From the NCBI GenBank assembly GCA_910588015.1, contig CAJUOK010000003.1, positions 48,193-112,192 of the forward strand: DNA of 64,000 nucleotides, given 5' to 3'. This DNA comes from an uncultured Christensenellaceae bacterium (lineage in GTDB: Bacteria; Bacillota; Clostridia; Christensenellales; UBA3700). Of the stretch, positions 46,743 to 55,760 are shown piece after piece; positions within the stretch are counted from its first letter, which is position 1, and every line of letters starts with the position of its first letter. Both the position numbers and the translations under genes were made by a program. The notes below the pieces were generated by a model. It was not told the origin of the DNA. It was given only the letters and a program-made list of their open reading frames with translations, and did no database searches.

Positions 46743-48341
46743 TTAAATAAAAATTAGCCCACGGCTGTCATAGATTGATTCGGTTGATGCCCCGTTGCGT
46801 ATTGCTCTGTCCAGAGCCATAACGGTTGCAACCGCTCCGTCTATTTTTTCCGTTGACTTTGATTTGTCCATTTTTATGTTCCCGGCAGGGTCTGTGCGAA
46901 CGCATACATTATCCATCATCCAATGCAGCACTGGCTGACCATTGTGGCGGATTTTCTTGCCAAGCACCAAGTTCATCAGTTCTTTGGTTGCAGGACTCAT
47001 ATCCTTAAACCCCTGCCCAAACGGGATGACAGTGAAACCGAGGTTCTCAAGGTTCTGTGTCATTTGAACTGCACCCCATCGGTCAAAGGCGATTTCCTTT
47101 ATGTTGTATTTCTTGCCAAGCTCATCAATGAAATTCTCGATGAACCCGTAATGGATAACGTTGCCTTCCGTGGTCTGTATATATCCTTGCTGTTCCCAGA
47201 TATCATACGGCACATGGTCTTTTGCAACTCTCCGCTCCAAGTTCTCCTCGGGTATCCAGAAGAACGACAAGATGTAATAATTTTCATCCGTATCCGTTGG
47301 CGGAAACACCAACACAAACGCCGTAATATCGGTTGAGGACGAAAGGTCAAGTCCGCCGTAACACACTCTGCCTTCCAAGCTCTCGGGCGAGAAATCCGCC
47401 TTACACGCCTCCCACTTTTCCATTGGCATCCAACGCACCGCTTGCTTTACCCATTGATTCAATCGCAACTGTCGGAAGGTGTTCTCCTCGGCTGGGTTCT
47501 GCCGCGCCGATTCAAACGCCACTCGAACCTTGTCGATGCCTACTGTTATGCCAAGACTGGGGTTCGCTTTTTTCCATACTTTTGGATCCGTCCAGTCATC
47601 ATTTTCGTCTGCCCCATATATTACGGGATAGAAGGTTGAGTCTAGTTTTCTGCCTAGAATAATGTCCTTGGCTTTTTGGTGTGTTTCGTAGCAGATGGAT
47701 TTTGTATCCGTTCCCGCAGTCGTGATTAAAAAGTACAGCGGTTGCATTCGAGCATCGCCAGAGCCTTTGGTCATAACATCAAACAGCTTTCTGTTCGGTT
47801 GGGTGTGCAACTCATCGAACACAACGCCGTGAATATTGAAACCATGCTTGCTGTACGCTTCCGCCGAAAGAACTTGATAGAAGCTGTTCTTCGGCAGATA
47901 GATTATACGCTTGCTTGCCGTGAGTATCTTGCACCGCTTGTTCAAAGCAGGACACATCCGAATCATATCGGCAGCGACTTCAAAGACAATCGATGCTTGC
48001 CCTCTGTCCGCTGCACAACCATAAACTTCGGCTCGTTCCTCACCATCTCCGCAAGTAAGCAAAAGGGCAACAGCCGCCGCCAACTCGCTCTTGCCCATCT
48101 TCTTCGGTATTTCTATGTACGCAGTATTAAACTGCCGATACCCGTTCGGCTTGATGATTCCAAAAAGGTCTCGAATTATCTGTTCTTGCCAATCGATAAG
48201 TTCAAACGGCTCTCCCGCCCATGTGCCTTTCGTATGACATAGGCACTGTATGAAATTGACCGCATAGTCCGCCGCCGACTTGTCATATACGGAGTCCTTG
48301 GCTTTGAACTTGGTCGGCACATATTTCTTTAGCTTTCTCAA
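46743..48341 (-). CDS. terL: Terminase large subunit.
   Basis: 532 aa; Walker A-like KKMGKS; Terminase_1 pattern; nuclease C-terminal half. Confidence 0.85.
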   Translation of the reverse strand: MRKLKKYVPTKFKAKDSVYDKSAADYAVNFIQCLCHTKGTWAGEPFELIDWQEQIIRDLFGIIKPNGYRQFNTAYIEIPKKMGKSELAAAVALLLTCGDGEERAEVYGCAADRGQASIVFEVAADMIRMCPALNKRCKILTASKRIIYLPKNSFYQVLSAEAYSKHGFNIHGVVFDELHTQPNRKLFDVMTKGSGDARMQPLYFLITTAGTDTKSICYETHQKAKDIILGRKLDSTFYPVIYGADENDDWTDPKVWKKANPSLGITVGIDKVRVAFESARQNPAEENTFRQLRLNQWVKQAVRWMPMEKWEACKADFSPESLEGRVCYGGLDLSSSTDITAFVLVFPPTDTDENYYILSFFWIPEENLERRVAKDHVPYDIWEQQGYIQTTEGNVIHYGFIENFIDELGKKYNIKEIAFDRWGAVQMTQNLENLGFTVIPFGQGFKDMSPATKELMNLVLGKKIRHNGQPVLHWMMDNVCVRTDPAGNIKMDKSKSTEKIDGAVATVMALDRAIRNGASTESIYDSRGLIFI

Positions 48342-48433
48342 GTAGCCTTGCCTCCCTTTCTATTTTTGCAAAAGAAAAAGCCGACCTTGTCAGTCGACCT
48401 TTCGTTTGATGTTTTCTTTTTTTCGTTATTCCG

Positions 48434-48757
48434 TCAAATAGCTATCTTGCCCTTTTTAACGTGTCTATCCACTTGCCGTAGGTATTCAATCATATCGTGA
48501 ATTCGGTAGTCCTTGTTTTTGTCGGCTATCAATCGTTCCTGAACCAAGAACCATCTCATCGTTTCCGAAATGTCCGCGCTTCTCGCCAGTATCGCTTTTT
48601 TCAGCTTTTCAGTTACCACCTCGCCACCGCAGTTGGGTTGGACAGCATCGATGTACTCTAGTAGCGTCTCACGAACTTCCGCCGCCTTTATTCCTTTCAC
48701 TTCTTGTGCTTTGTAGTGCATACCCTCACCTCTTGTTTTTATTTTCGTAGTCAGCAA
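48434..48757 (-). CDS. Hypothetical small phage protein.
   Basis: ORF in track. Confidence 0.35.
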   Translation of the reverse strand: MLTTKIKTRGEGMHYKAQEVKGIKAAEVRETLLEYIDAVQPNCGGEVVTEKLKKAILARSADISETMRWFLVQERLIADKNKDYRIHDMIEYLRQVDRHVKKGKIAI

Positions 48758-48923
48758 TCGCTGCTATGATTTCTGCTTTCTCCGCTTCCGAAACACCTGC
48801 GATATCCAACGCTTCACGAGTTCCGCAAAGCGGGCAGATTTCTTGGTGATTATCGAACCTTGAAATCGCAGGTCGCGCCGTGTAGGTCTTTCCGCATTTC
48901 GGGCAAGTCCTGGTCGTTTCCAT
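48726..48923 (-). CDS. Zinc-ribbon small protein (the track ORF extends to 48995).
   Basis: METTRTCPKCGKTY...CPLCG. Confidence 0.4.
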   Translation of the reverse strand: METTRTCPKCGKTYTARPAISRFDNHQEICPLCGTREALDIAGVSEAEKAEIIAAIADYENKNKR

Positions 48924-48933
48924 TCCACACCTC

Positions 48934-49161
48934 CTAGTTGTAATCGTAAGCGATGATGTCAAAGGCATCACGCTGTTCGGTGTTGCTCGGCTCAATGTTC
49001 CAAGCCTTATCGTAGCTCGTTATCACCTTGCCCTTACACTTAATGGTCAGCTTCGCAATTTTTCCGCCCTCAATGCCGTACTTCGATTTTCTGCTGTACT
49101 GCATCCCTTCGTAGTGGTAGCCGTTGTTGTTTACGATTACAAAACCTTTGAACGCTTTCAT
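48934..49161 (-). CDS. Small protein with a GIEGG(K/R)I(A/S)KLTIK motif, paralog of the next gene's C-terminus.
   Basis: YGIEGGKIAKLTIKCKGKVITSYDKAWNIEP versus FGIEGGRISKLTIKNERTGKEVVNYDRGWDIQP. Confidence 0.45.
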   Translation of the reverse strand: MKAFKGFVIVNNNGYHYEGMQYSRKSKYGIEGGKIAKLTIKCKGKVITSYDKAWNIEPSNTEQRDAFDIIAYDYN

Positions 49162-49173
49162 CTCGCCACCTCG

Positions 49174-49617
49174 TTAATTGAAGTTGCGAAGCACCCAGTC
49201 GAGTGCTGCTTGCGCTGACTTGGTCTTGGGTTGAATGTCCCAACCCCTGTCGTAGTTTACGACTTCCTTGCCCGTGCGCTCGTTCTTGATGGTTAGCTTG
49301 GAAATCCTACCGCCCTCAATACCGAACTCCGAACCTTCGTCAAACCGCTTAATCCAAAAGCGGAAGGTGCAGCCCGCAATTTGAAGTCTGCCATCGTTCC
49401 AAGGGCTGTCATCGTTGGGTTTGCGTTCCTCTTGGTAGCAAGGAACATAAAAGGTTTCTTCTTTGCCGTTGATAACCAAGTGGACTGACCTGGGGTTCTG
49501 AAGTCCCCCAGCCGTTCCCGTTACGGAGCCAAGCGAAAGAACCTCGGCGTTTCCGTGCTTCTGCGCTATCTTTTGCAGGCTTGCTATATACTCGTTTAAG
49601 GTTACAAATTTTTTCAT
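49174..49617 (-). CDS. Hypothetical protein (147 aa) with a C-terminal GIEGG-motif domain.
   Basis: ORF in track; AGGAG RBS; own promoter and terminator. Confidence 0.45.
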   Translation of the reverse strand: MKKFVTLNEYIASLQKIAQKHGNAEVLSLGSVTGTAGGLQNPRSVHLVINGKEETFYVPCYQEERKPNDDSPWNDGRLQIAGCTFRFWIKRFDEGSEFGIEGGRISKLTIKNERTGKEVVNYDRGWDIQPKTKSAQAALDWVLRNFN

Positions 49618-49654
49618 TTTGAACTCCTTTTGAGGGGGGCTTCCCTCTCCGTTT

Positions 49655-49790
49655 TGTAGGTGTATATTAACTCTAAAACGAATATATATCCAGTGATATG
49701 CGCCACTATTATGCAGATATTTAATTATTTTTTCGGGTTTTTTGCACTACTCTTTCAACGAAAAAACCACCCTTTCGGGTGGCTCTATTT
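49655..49790 (-). promoter_or_regulatory. Repeat unit R1: terminator hairpin (AGCCACCCGAAAGGGTGG followed by TTTTTT, about 49761-49786) plus promoter CACTGGATAT-N17-TAATAT (49655-49683).
   Basis: Read directly; about 140-bp unit repeated four times between 49.6 and 51.3 kb. Confidence 0.5.
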
Positions 49791-49797
49791 TGCCTTT

Positions 49798-50124
49798 TTA
49801 TTTCTTAATTACGGCGGTGTATCGTGCGTAATCATAACCCTCGCTTTCAACCAGAACGCTGATTTTGCTGCCCCTTGCGGTTACTTTTATGCAATGCCAT
49901 ATTCCGTTTTCGTCCACCTTCATTATGCCGCTGTTCACTTTGATAAAATCCTTATCTTCGAGGAAGTTATCGCAGAACGCTGCGAACTCGGTGGGTGTTA
50001 AAGTAATGGTCTTTTCGACAACAATCTCGCGCTTGGGTTTTTCCCCACTGTAGCAATTAATGCATTCTTTAGCTGCTTCCCAGTCTTCTACGCTATCTGC
50101 CTTTCTTATCATGTATGCTTTCAT
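49798..50124 (-). CDS. Hypothetical protein (108 aa).
   Basis: ORF in track; GAAGGAG RBS; own promoter and terminator. Confidence 0.45.
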   Translation of the reverse strand: MKAYMIRKADSVEDWEAAKECINCYSGEKPKREIVVEKTITLTPTEFAAFCDNFLEDKDFIKVNSGIMKVDENGIWHCIKVTARGSKISVLVESEGYDYARYTAVIKK

Positions 50125-50156
50125 TTCACTTTCTCCTTCGCTTTTTGTATGTGTAT

Positions 50157-50262
50157 ATTAACTCTAATACACATATATATCCAGTGAATTTTGGCATTAT
50201 TTTGAAGAATAATTTATTTATTTTTTAACGAAAAAACCACCCTTTTGAGGTGGTCATTTCCG
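50157..50262 (-). promoter_or_regulatory. Repeat unit R2: terminator (50230-50260) plus promoter TTCACTGGATAT-N17-TAATAT (50157-50185).
   Basis: Read directly. Confidence 0.5.
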
Positions 50263-50286
50263 TTGGTATTTGGTTCGTTCCTGGCA

Positions 50287-50679
50287 TTAGCTTCCGAAAA
50301 GAATTCTGCCCGTTTCGAGAACTTCGTAGTCGTGCAGCACTTCAATGATTCGAGTGATGTCATCGTATTCGTCCTCGGCATACTCGCTCAATTCGTCCCA
50401 CCATCTGCTCCTCAAAACCTCGCGCCTTTCAACCTTTCCAACCGAGCCGAGGTTGCTGTTGTAGGCTTCGGGGTTGTAGGTCGCTGCCTCTGCGTTGAAG
50501 GCATCTTTCAACTTCAACCAAAGTGCGTGTGCCTTGCGGTAGGTCTCGGGGTTCGTTACCCCAGTCTTCTTGGCTACCGAGCCAACTCCAAAGGTGGGGA
50601 ACTTTACCACCGTATCAATGTTTGCGATTACTTCCTCTGCTGTTTTCCATTCGTATTTGTAGGTCTTGGGTGCTTTCAT
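50287..50679 (-). CDS. Hypothetical protein (130 aa from the ATG at 50679).
   Basis: GAAGGAG RBS; the track ORF extends upstream through the repeat. Confidence 0.45.
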   Translation of the reverse strand: MKAPKTYKYEWKTAEEVIANIDTVVKFPTFGVGSVAKKTGVTNPETYRKAHALWLKLKDAFNAEAATYNPEAYNSNLGSVGKVERREVLRSRWWDELSEYAEDEYDDITRIIEVLHDYEVLETGRILFGS

Positions 50680-50711
50680 TTTTGTTTGTCTCCTTCGCTT
50701 TTTGTAGGTGT

Positions 50712-50840
50712 ATATTACCTCTAACTCACTTATATATCCAGTGAATTTTGGCACTATTTCGAAGAATTATTAGTTTATTTTTAGCCTTTTTTTGCACCCT
50801 TTTCTGCAACGAAAAACCACCCTTTCGGGTGGCTAAAGTC
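50712..50840 (-). promoter_or_regulatory. Repeat unit R3: terminator (50810-50836) plus promoter (50712-50740).
   Basis: Read directly. Confidence 0.5.
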
Positions 50841-50864
50841 AAGGATATTACGGGGTCAATGCGA

Positions 50865-51245
50865 TTAGAGCTTGTCGGAACAGTAGGTCTTTCCGCTACG
50901 TAGATCGATGAGAATTTCGACATACCTGTCTCGTTCTGAACCTTCGCTGCCAAGAACGCATTCCTCATAGAAGTCGATGGCTTCCTGCCTGTCGTCAAAG
51001 GTGCGGTCTTTGCCGTAGTTGTGGACGATGACATAGTTCAGCTTTTTGCAGATGTCTTCGCCATATGCAACATTCAAACTGCTGCCGTTGTCCCACTTGA
51101 CCATTATTGAGCCGATGTCATCAACCCCTCTCACTGTCCCTTTGGTGCCGATGGGCGGTGCTTGCTCATCTTCCATTTTTTCAAGCACCACCCTTGCCCC
51201 TACAGGAAACTGCTGACGAAGGCTTTCAAGTTCTCTGGTGTTCAT
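50865..51245 (-). CDS. DUF4314-like small protein.
   Basis: GTKGTVRGVDDIGSIMVKWDNGSSL pattern; call from recall. Confidence 0.45.
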   Translation of the reverse strand: MNTRELESLRQQFPVGARVVLEKMEDEQAPPIGTKGTVRGVDDIGSIMVKWDNGSSLNVAYGEDICKKLNYVIVHNYGKDRTFDDRQEAIDFYEECVLGSEGSERDRYVEILIDLRSGKTYCSDKL

Positions 51246-51263
51246 ATTGCTTCCTCCATTTTT

Positions 51264-51292
51264 AAGTATGCGTATATTAACTCTAAACGGAA
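51264..51292 (-). promoter_or_regulatory. Repeat unit R4: promoter only (CGCTGGATAT-N17-TAATAT), upstream of the DUF4314 gene.
   Basis: Read directly. Confidence 0.5.
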
Positions 51293-51318
51293 ATTATATC
51301 CAGCGATAATTGCAAGAA

Positions 51319-53730
51319 TTATGCTTCTTTTTCATAGAGCTTTGCAATTGCTCTCAACACATATTTGACACAAGGTAATGCCACCCCGTTACCCCACAGC
51401 TTATACTCCGCTGCGTCGGAATACGGGTCTTTTATGTACGAAATAATCTGCGACCTGGTCTTCGGTTTTATTGCACTCCCTGTTGTCAAACGATAGGTTT
51501 CAAACACCTCCGTCCAGAACTCTATATCTTCTTCCATAGGTTCTGCGATGCCAAGGTTGCGACACCAATCGCTAGGGAAACCTTGAAGTTTTGCGCATTC
51601 GGTTGGTGTGAGCCTACGCACGGAATAATCCGCGCCGACCATTCCGTTATGATAGCCGGGGCAAGTGCCGTTCAACACGGTGTTCCCCTTGTTCTTCAGC
51701 ACATACCTACCCACATCACGACTTGCGCTAGGATCGAATCCGTAAGGCTCGACAACCGCCCCCGGACCTTTCGCCATAAGCGGAGGTTCGAGTTCTTCTT
51801 CAAAGGACGGTTTGAACTTTGCGTTTGTACCTTGGTTGAAAGCATCACGCCCCACCCCATAGCTCGGTGCGTTTATGACATTGGGGTCTTTGTAATCCCT
51901 AGCCATAAGCGTAGGCGATTTCTCTTTCTCTACATCAGTGTAGCTTCCCGTTGTCATGCAGTAAACGGCAGGTTCACCACCGTGCGTACAAGTCAAGGTC
52001 GGTGCCTGGTTTTTTGGAACATTGCAAGCCGACTTCCCTCCGCCTTGGTCTACTGCGTAAACTTCATCGCTACTGTCGGAAGGGACGTGTTCTTCCACCA
52101 CGGCAATTCCGCCTTGGTTACAAGTGGGGTTTCCGCCGTTCCCGTCAAGCGTTCTCGAAGTTTCCGCTTCGTAGACTCCGCTGTTAGGGTTGCTCGACTT
52201 CATTGAGTTGCTGTCCTTTGCGCAAATGCCAAAGGTGCGCTGAATCACGCAGTTGAAGTTGTCCTTGTCGGGCATCCGTTGATTGCCACCTGCGTTCTGC
52301 TTTGTGAGCGTGGGCGAAATTTGTCCACCATCCCAATTGCAAGGTTCAAAGAGCGTCTGGTCGTTATTGCAAGCAAGCGTAGCCGATTTGTCTTTTTGAA
52401 TCAACGGCCCCTTGCCACCACCTTCACAGCCACTGCGGATTTTCATCAGAAGCGGAACACTGTTTTTTCTATTTTCAGAATCGACCACAAAAGGCTGATT
52501 GTTTCCACCCATACCATAAGTCGATGCTACTGTAGGTGCAACTTTTAACGGCCCCCTATATCTTGTGTCTTGACTGTGATTCTCATAAACCTCGGGTAGC
52601 TCATTATCAGTTTGTTCTTCGTTTAAAACAAGCGGAACATTCCCTCCGCCTGTTCCCATTCGAGAAGTGAGCGTTTGAACTTTGCCATCCTCTGCAATTT
52701 TTACTCGGCTGTCCGTAGGATGGTTTTCCAATGCCACCGCTGCCGGGACTTTCCCCGCTCGTATCGTGGGTGATGTTTCTTCTTCGTAGCCAATGCTCCT
52801 GGACTGCGCTGAATGCTCGGTATTGAAACCCGCCGCCATAACACACGGAGGATGGTGCGCTTCTGCGCGAAGTGCCGCAACCTTGTCTTTGGTTACGCCC
52901 ATTCGGCTTCCGCCTTGGTCGTTGAGAACCACTCCGTTTCTGCCAGAGGACATTCCGCAGTTCACACCGAGCGTTGCTTCAACATCGCCCGTTACGCTTC
53001 CGTTATACCCATCGAAGCCTGCCGCTCGAGCGCAAGTTTCAGCACCTCTGGCAGTTCCTTCCCTCGTATCGCTGCTCTCCGCAAAATCCCTTGACACGCC
53101 TTCGGACTCAAATAGTATTTTGCCTGCACATTCGCTTCCAAAATCTGCGACAAGGTAGATTCTGCGACGTCTTTGAGGGACTCCGAAGTATTGCGCATCG
53201 ATTGTGCGCCAGGCGAGAGAGTAACCGTTTCCCACGATTTCTCCCGCATAAGTCCACTTCCCGTCTGCAGGTTCAGGTATAAGTATTTCTGGTTCTTTAA
53301 CGGAGCAGACTGCTTCGAGAACCGAGCGGAAGTCTTGTCCCTTGTTGGAGCTGAATGCTCCGGGGACGTTTTCCCAAACAATGAACCTTGGATATTTTCC
53401 ATTTGTTTTACTCCTCATTTCTTTGATGATGCGTATGGCTTGGTAGAAAAGGTTTGACCGCTCTCCGTTTTCCAAACCCGCACGTTTTCCCGCAACAGAT
53501 AAATCTTGGCAAGGCGAACCGAAAGTGATTATGTCCACGGGTTCAACCTCGCCACCATCTATCTTGGAAACATCCCCGTAGTGCTTCACATTGGGGAAGT
53601 GCTTATTCGTTACGGCAATCGCAAACGGCTCGATTTCGGACTTCCACTTGGGTTCAATGCCGCAAAGCACTCCCCCAAGCGGAAAGCCACCCGAGCCATC
53701 AAACAGACTGCCCAGTGTTAACTTCTTCAT
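51319..53730 (-). CDS. DNA (cytosine-5)-methyltransferase, unusually long (803 aa) with an extended multi-TRD variable region.
   Basis: Motif I LFDGSGGF, IV GSPCQDLS, ENV (IVWENVPG), IX-X RRLTPTECAKLQGFP. About 550 aa between ENV and motif IX with Gly-rich linkers and repeated (P/S)TL(T) elements. Confidence 0.85.
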   Translation of the reverse strand: MKKLTLGSLFDGSGGFPLGGVLCGIEPKWKSEIEPFAIAVTNKHFPNVKHYGDVSKIDGGEVEPVDIITFGSPCQDLSVAGKRAGLENGERSNLFYQAIRIIKEMRSKTNGKYPRFIVWENVPGAFSSNKGQDFRSVLEAVCSVKEPEILIPEPADGKWTYAGEIVGNGYSLAWRTIDAQYFGVPQRRRRIYLVADFGSECAGKILFESEGVSRDFAESSDTREGTARGAETCARAAGFDGYNGSVTGDVEATLGVNCGMSSGRNGVVLNDQGGSRMGVTKDKVAALRAEAHHPPCVMAAGFNTEHSAQSRSIGYEEETSPTIRAGKVPAAVALENHPTDSRVKIAEDGKVQTLTSRMGTGGGNVPLVLNEEQTDNELPEVYENHSQDTRYRGPLKVAPTVASTYGMGGNNQPFVVDSENRKNSVPLLMKIRSGCEGGGKGPLIQKDKSATLACNNDQTLFEPCNWDGGQISPTLTKQNAGGNQRMPDKDNFNCVIQRTFGICAKDSNSMKSSNPNSGVYEAETSRTLDGNGGNPTCNQGGIAVVEEHVPSDSSDEVYAVDQGGGKSACNVPKNQAPTLTCTHGGEPAVYCMTTGSYTDVEKEKSPTLMARDYKDPNVINAPSYGVGRDAFNQGTNAKFKPSFEEELEPPLMAKGPGAVVEPYGFDPSASRDVGRYVLKNKGNTVLNGTCPGYHNGMVGADYSVRRLTPTECAKLQGFPSDWCRNLGIAEPMEEDIEFWTEVFETYRLTTGSAIKPKTRSQIISYIKDPYSDAAEYKLWGNGVALPCVKYVLRAIAKLYEKEA

Positions 53731-54991
53731 TTTCGTTTAACTCCTTCACGAGTTCCTTGTAAGGTATCTGCTGTCCGCCACGGATGCAGTAAACGTTCTC
53801 GGCATCGTTGGTGTTCTCCACATACCTGCGCAAGATGACCGATGCGTACTTTTCGTCAAGTTCCATCGTGTAGCAAATGCGGTTAGAAAGTTCGCAAGCC
53901 ATAAGCGTAGAACCACTCCCACCAAAGGTATCCACCACGATTGCGTTTTCCTGCGTTGAGTTCTTCAACGGATAGGAAAGCAAATCAAGCGGTTTACTGG
54001 TGGGATGGTTCTCGTTGCGCTTCGGCTTTTTGAAGTTCCAAATCGTAGTCTGCTTTCTGTCGGAATACCAACTGTGCTTGCCGTTTTTAAGGAAGCCGTA
54101 CAGCACAGGCTCGTGCTGCCATTGATAGTCACTGCGCCCAAGAACGAGCGAGTCCTTAACCCATATGCAGCACCCCGCTAGGTGGAAGCCTGCGTTGGAG
54201 AATGCGTTACGGAAATTCAAACCTTCGGTGTCAGCGTGGAAAACATATCCCGCCGCCCCCGGTTCTGCGTGTGCGACCATATTCTTGAAAGCCGCAAGCA
54301 AGAAGTTGTAAAACTCCTCGTTCTTGAGCGAGTCGTTCTGTATTTTCAGTCCGCTCGATGATGTGAACGATACTCCGTAGGGCGGGTCGGTAAGGATAAG
54401 GTTTGCCTTCTTCCCGTCCATCAGAAGGTTGACATCGGCTTCGTTGGTTGCATCGCCGCAGACAAGTCTGTGCCTTCCGACAACCCACACATCACCACGC
54501 TCAACGAAGGATGCCTTCTCGAGTGCTTCCGTAAGGTCATAGTCATCGTCTTCCACTTCGGCTTTAACGTCCGCAAAAAAGTCTGCGAGTTCCTTTTCGT
54601 CAAAACCCGTAAGACCAAGGTCGAAGTTGAGACCTTCCAACTCCTGCAATTCCACACGCAAGAGTTCTTCATCCCAACCCGCATCAAGCGCCATTCGGTT
54701 GTCCGCCAAAATGTATGCTTTCTTTTGCGCTTCGGTGAGATGGTCAACGAACACGCACGGTACTTCTTTGATGCCTTCCGCTTTCGCCGCCATAACTCTG
54801 CCGTGTCCTGCTATGATGGTCAAATCCCTATCAACGATGACTGGGTTAATGAAGCCGAACTCACGCAGCGAAGAACGCAGTTTCAAAATCTGCTCCTGGC
54901 TGTGGGTTCTGGCATTGTTCGCATACGGCACGAGCTTATCGGTTGCGACAAGCGTGAGTTCGGTAGTCGTATTCATTACACCAACCCCCAC
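53699..54991 (-). CDS. ParB-N-terminal nuclease domain fused to a DNA N6-adenine/N4-cytosine methyltransferase.
   Basis: N-terminal ParBc (IIAGHGR); MTase DPPY motif and SAM-binding region. Confidence 0.8.
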   Translation of the reverse strand: MGVGVMNTTTELTLVATDKLVPYANNARTHSQEQILKLRSSLREFGFINPVIVDRDLTIIAGHGRVMAAKAEGIKEVPCVFVDHLTEAQKKAYILADNRMALDAGWDEELLRVELQELEGLNFDLGLTGFDEKELADFFADVKAEVEDDDYDLTEALEKASFVERGDVWVVGRHRLVCGDATNEADVNLLMDGKKANLILTDPPYGVSFTSSSGLKIQNDSLKNEEFYNFLLAAFKNMVAHAEPGAAGYVFHADTEGLNFRNAFSNAGFHLAGCCIWVKDSLVLGRSDYQWQHEPVLYGFLKNGKHSWYSDRKQTTIWNFKKPKRNENHPTSKPLDLLSYPLKNSTQENAIVVDTFGGSGSTLMACELSNRICYTMELDEKYASVILRRYVENTNDAENVYCIRGGQQIPYKELVKELNENEEVNTGQSV

Positions 54992-55758
54992 TCTGCAAAC
55001 TTCTCGAAACCGCCAAGGTCGAAGATGAACTCCCTAGCAATCTCCACGATTTCGTTATAAGGTTTTCCGTCTATGTACTCGTCCCCGATTGCACAGCACA
55101 GTTCCACAGGTACTCCCGTTTCCTGTGCTTTAATGAATGCATACACATTCACGCTCACATCCGCCTTCGACAAGTCCTTACCATGCAAGCCACCACCCGT
55201 TACCGAGTCCGCCATATCCGAGCCGAGCTTGCGGTTGGTTGCGCCCGTGTCAACATCAGTGCCACCAAACCAATCTCCAAGCGGATTGACCTCTGCCGTT
55301 TTATACTTGCTTGAAAGTTCCGTGCTTCTCGCTTGGCTTTGGCAAATAATGAGCCTTTCGCCATTCAGGATGTATTTCCCGTCAGTGGGATACGCAGCAT
55401 AGATTTCTCTTGCCACTCTTGCGAGTTCTTTCTGTTCCTTTGTAAGCGGTACACCCCTGAATATGCCGTTGTCACCGCAGCGGAAACCATCCGCCTGGTT
55501 CTCTGCGAGATGCTTGTCTTGCGGCACTTCAACATAATCCACAGCGACATTACCCGCAATGCGTTTTACGAGTTCCTTGACTTCCGACGTTGCCAAGCAC
55601 ACCGAACTTTCTGCGATTATATGGCACTTGCCGTGTCCGATAAGGACTTCAACCGCAATCTTGGGATTGTCCTGGTTCTTGTACGCAAGGTCAACTATCG
55701 CTCCCGCAATTCGGTCTGCCACCTTATCGGGATGACTAGGGTTTACTTTTTCAAACAT
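54976..55758 (-). CDS. metK-like: Truncated MetK-like S-adenosylmethionine synthetase homolog (260 aa).
   Basis: SHPDKVADRIAGAIVD versus MetK GHPDKIADQISDAVLD; DTGATNRK...GGGLHGKDLSKADVS versus MetK DCGLTGRK...GGGAFSGKDPSKVDRS. About 120 aa shorter than canonical MetK. Confidence 0.65.
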   Translation of the reverse strand: MFEKVNPSHPDKVADRIAGAIVDLAYKNQDNPKIAVEVLIGHGKCHIIAESSVCLATSEVKELVKRIAGNVAVDYVEVPQDKHLAENQADGFRCGDNGIFRGVPLTKEQKELARVAREIYAAYPTDGKYILNGERLIICQSQARSTELSSKYKTAEVNPLGDWFGGTDVDTGATNRKLGSDMADSVTGGGLHGKDLSKADVSVNVYAFIKAQETGVPVELCCAIGDEYIDGKPYNEIVEIAREFIFDLGGFEKFAEWGLV

Positions 55759-55760
55759 TG

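Noticed and set aside
49626-51320. A possible CRISPR array formed by the four spaced repeats.
   Set aside because: The repeats are about 140 bp long, each contains a terminator hairpin plus a promoter, and they are separated by full protein-coding genes with RBSs. This is not a repeat-spacer architecture.
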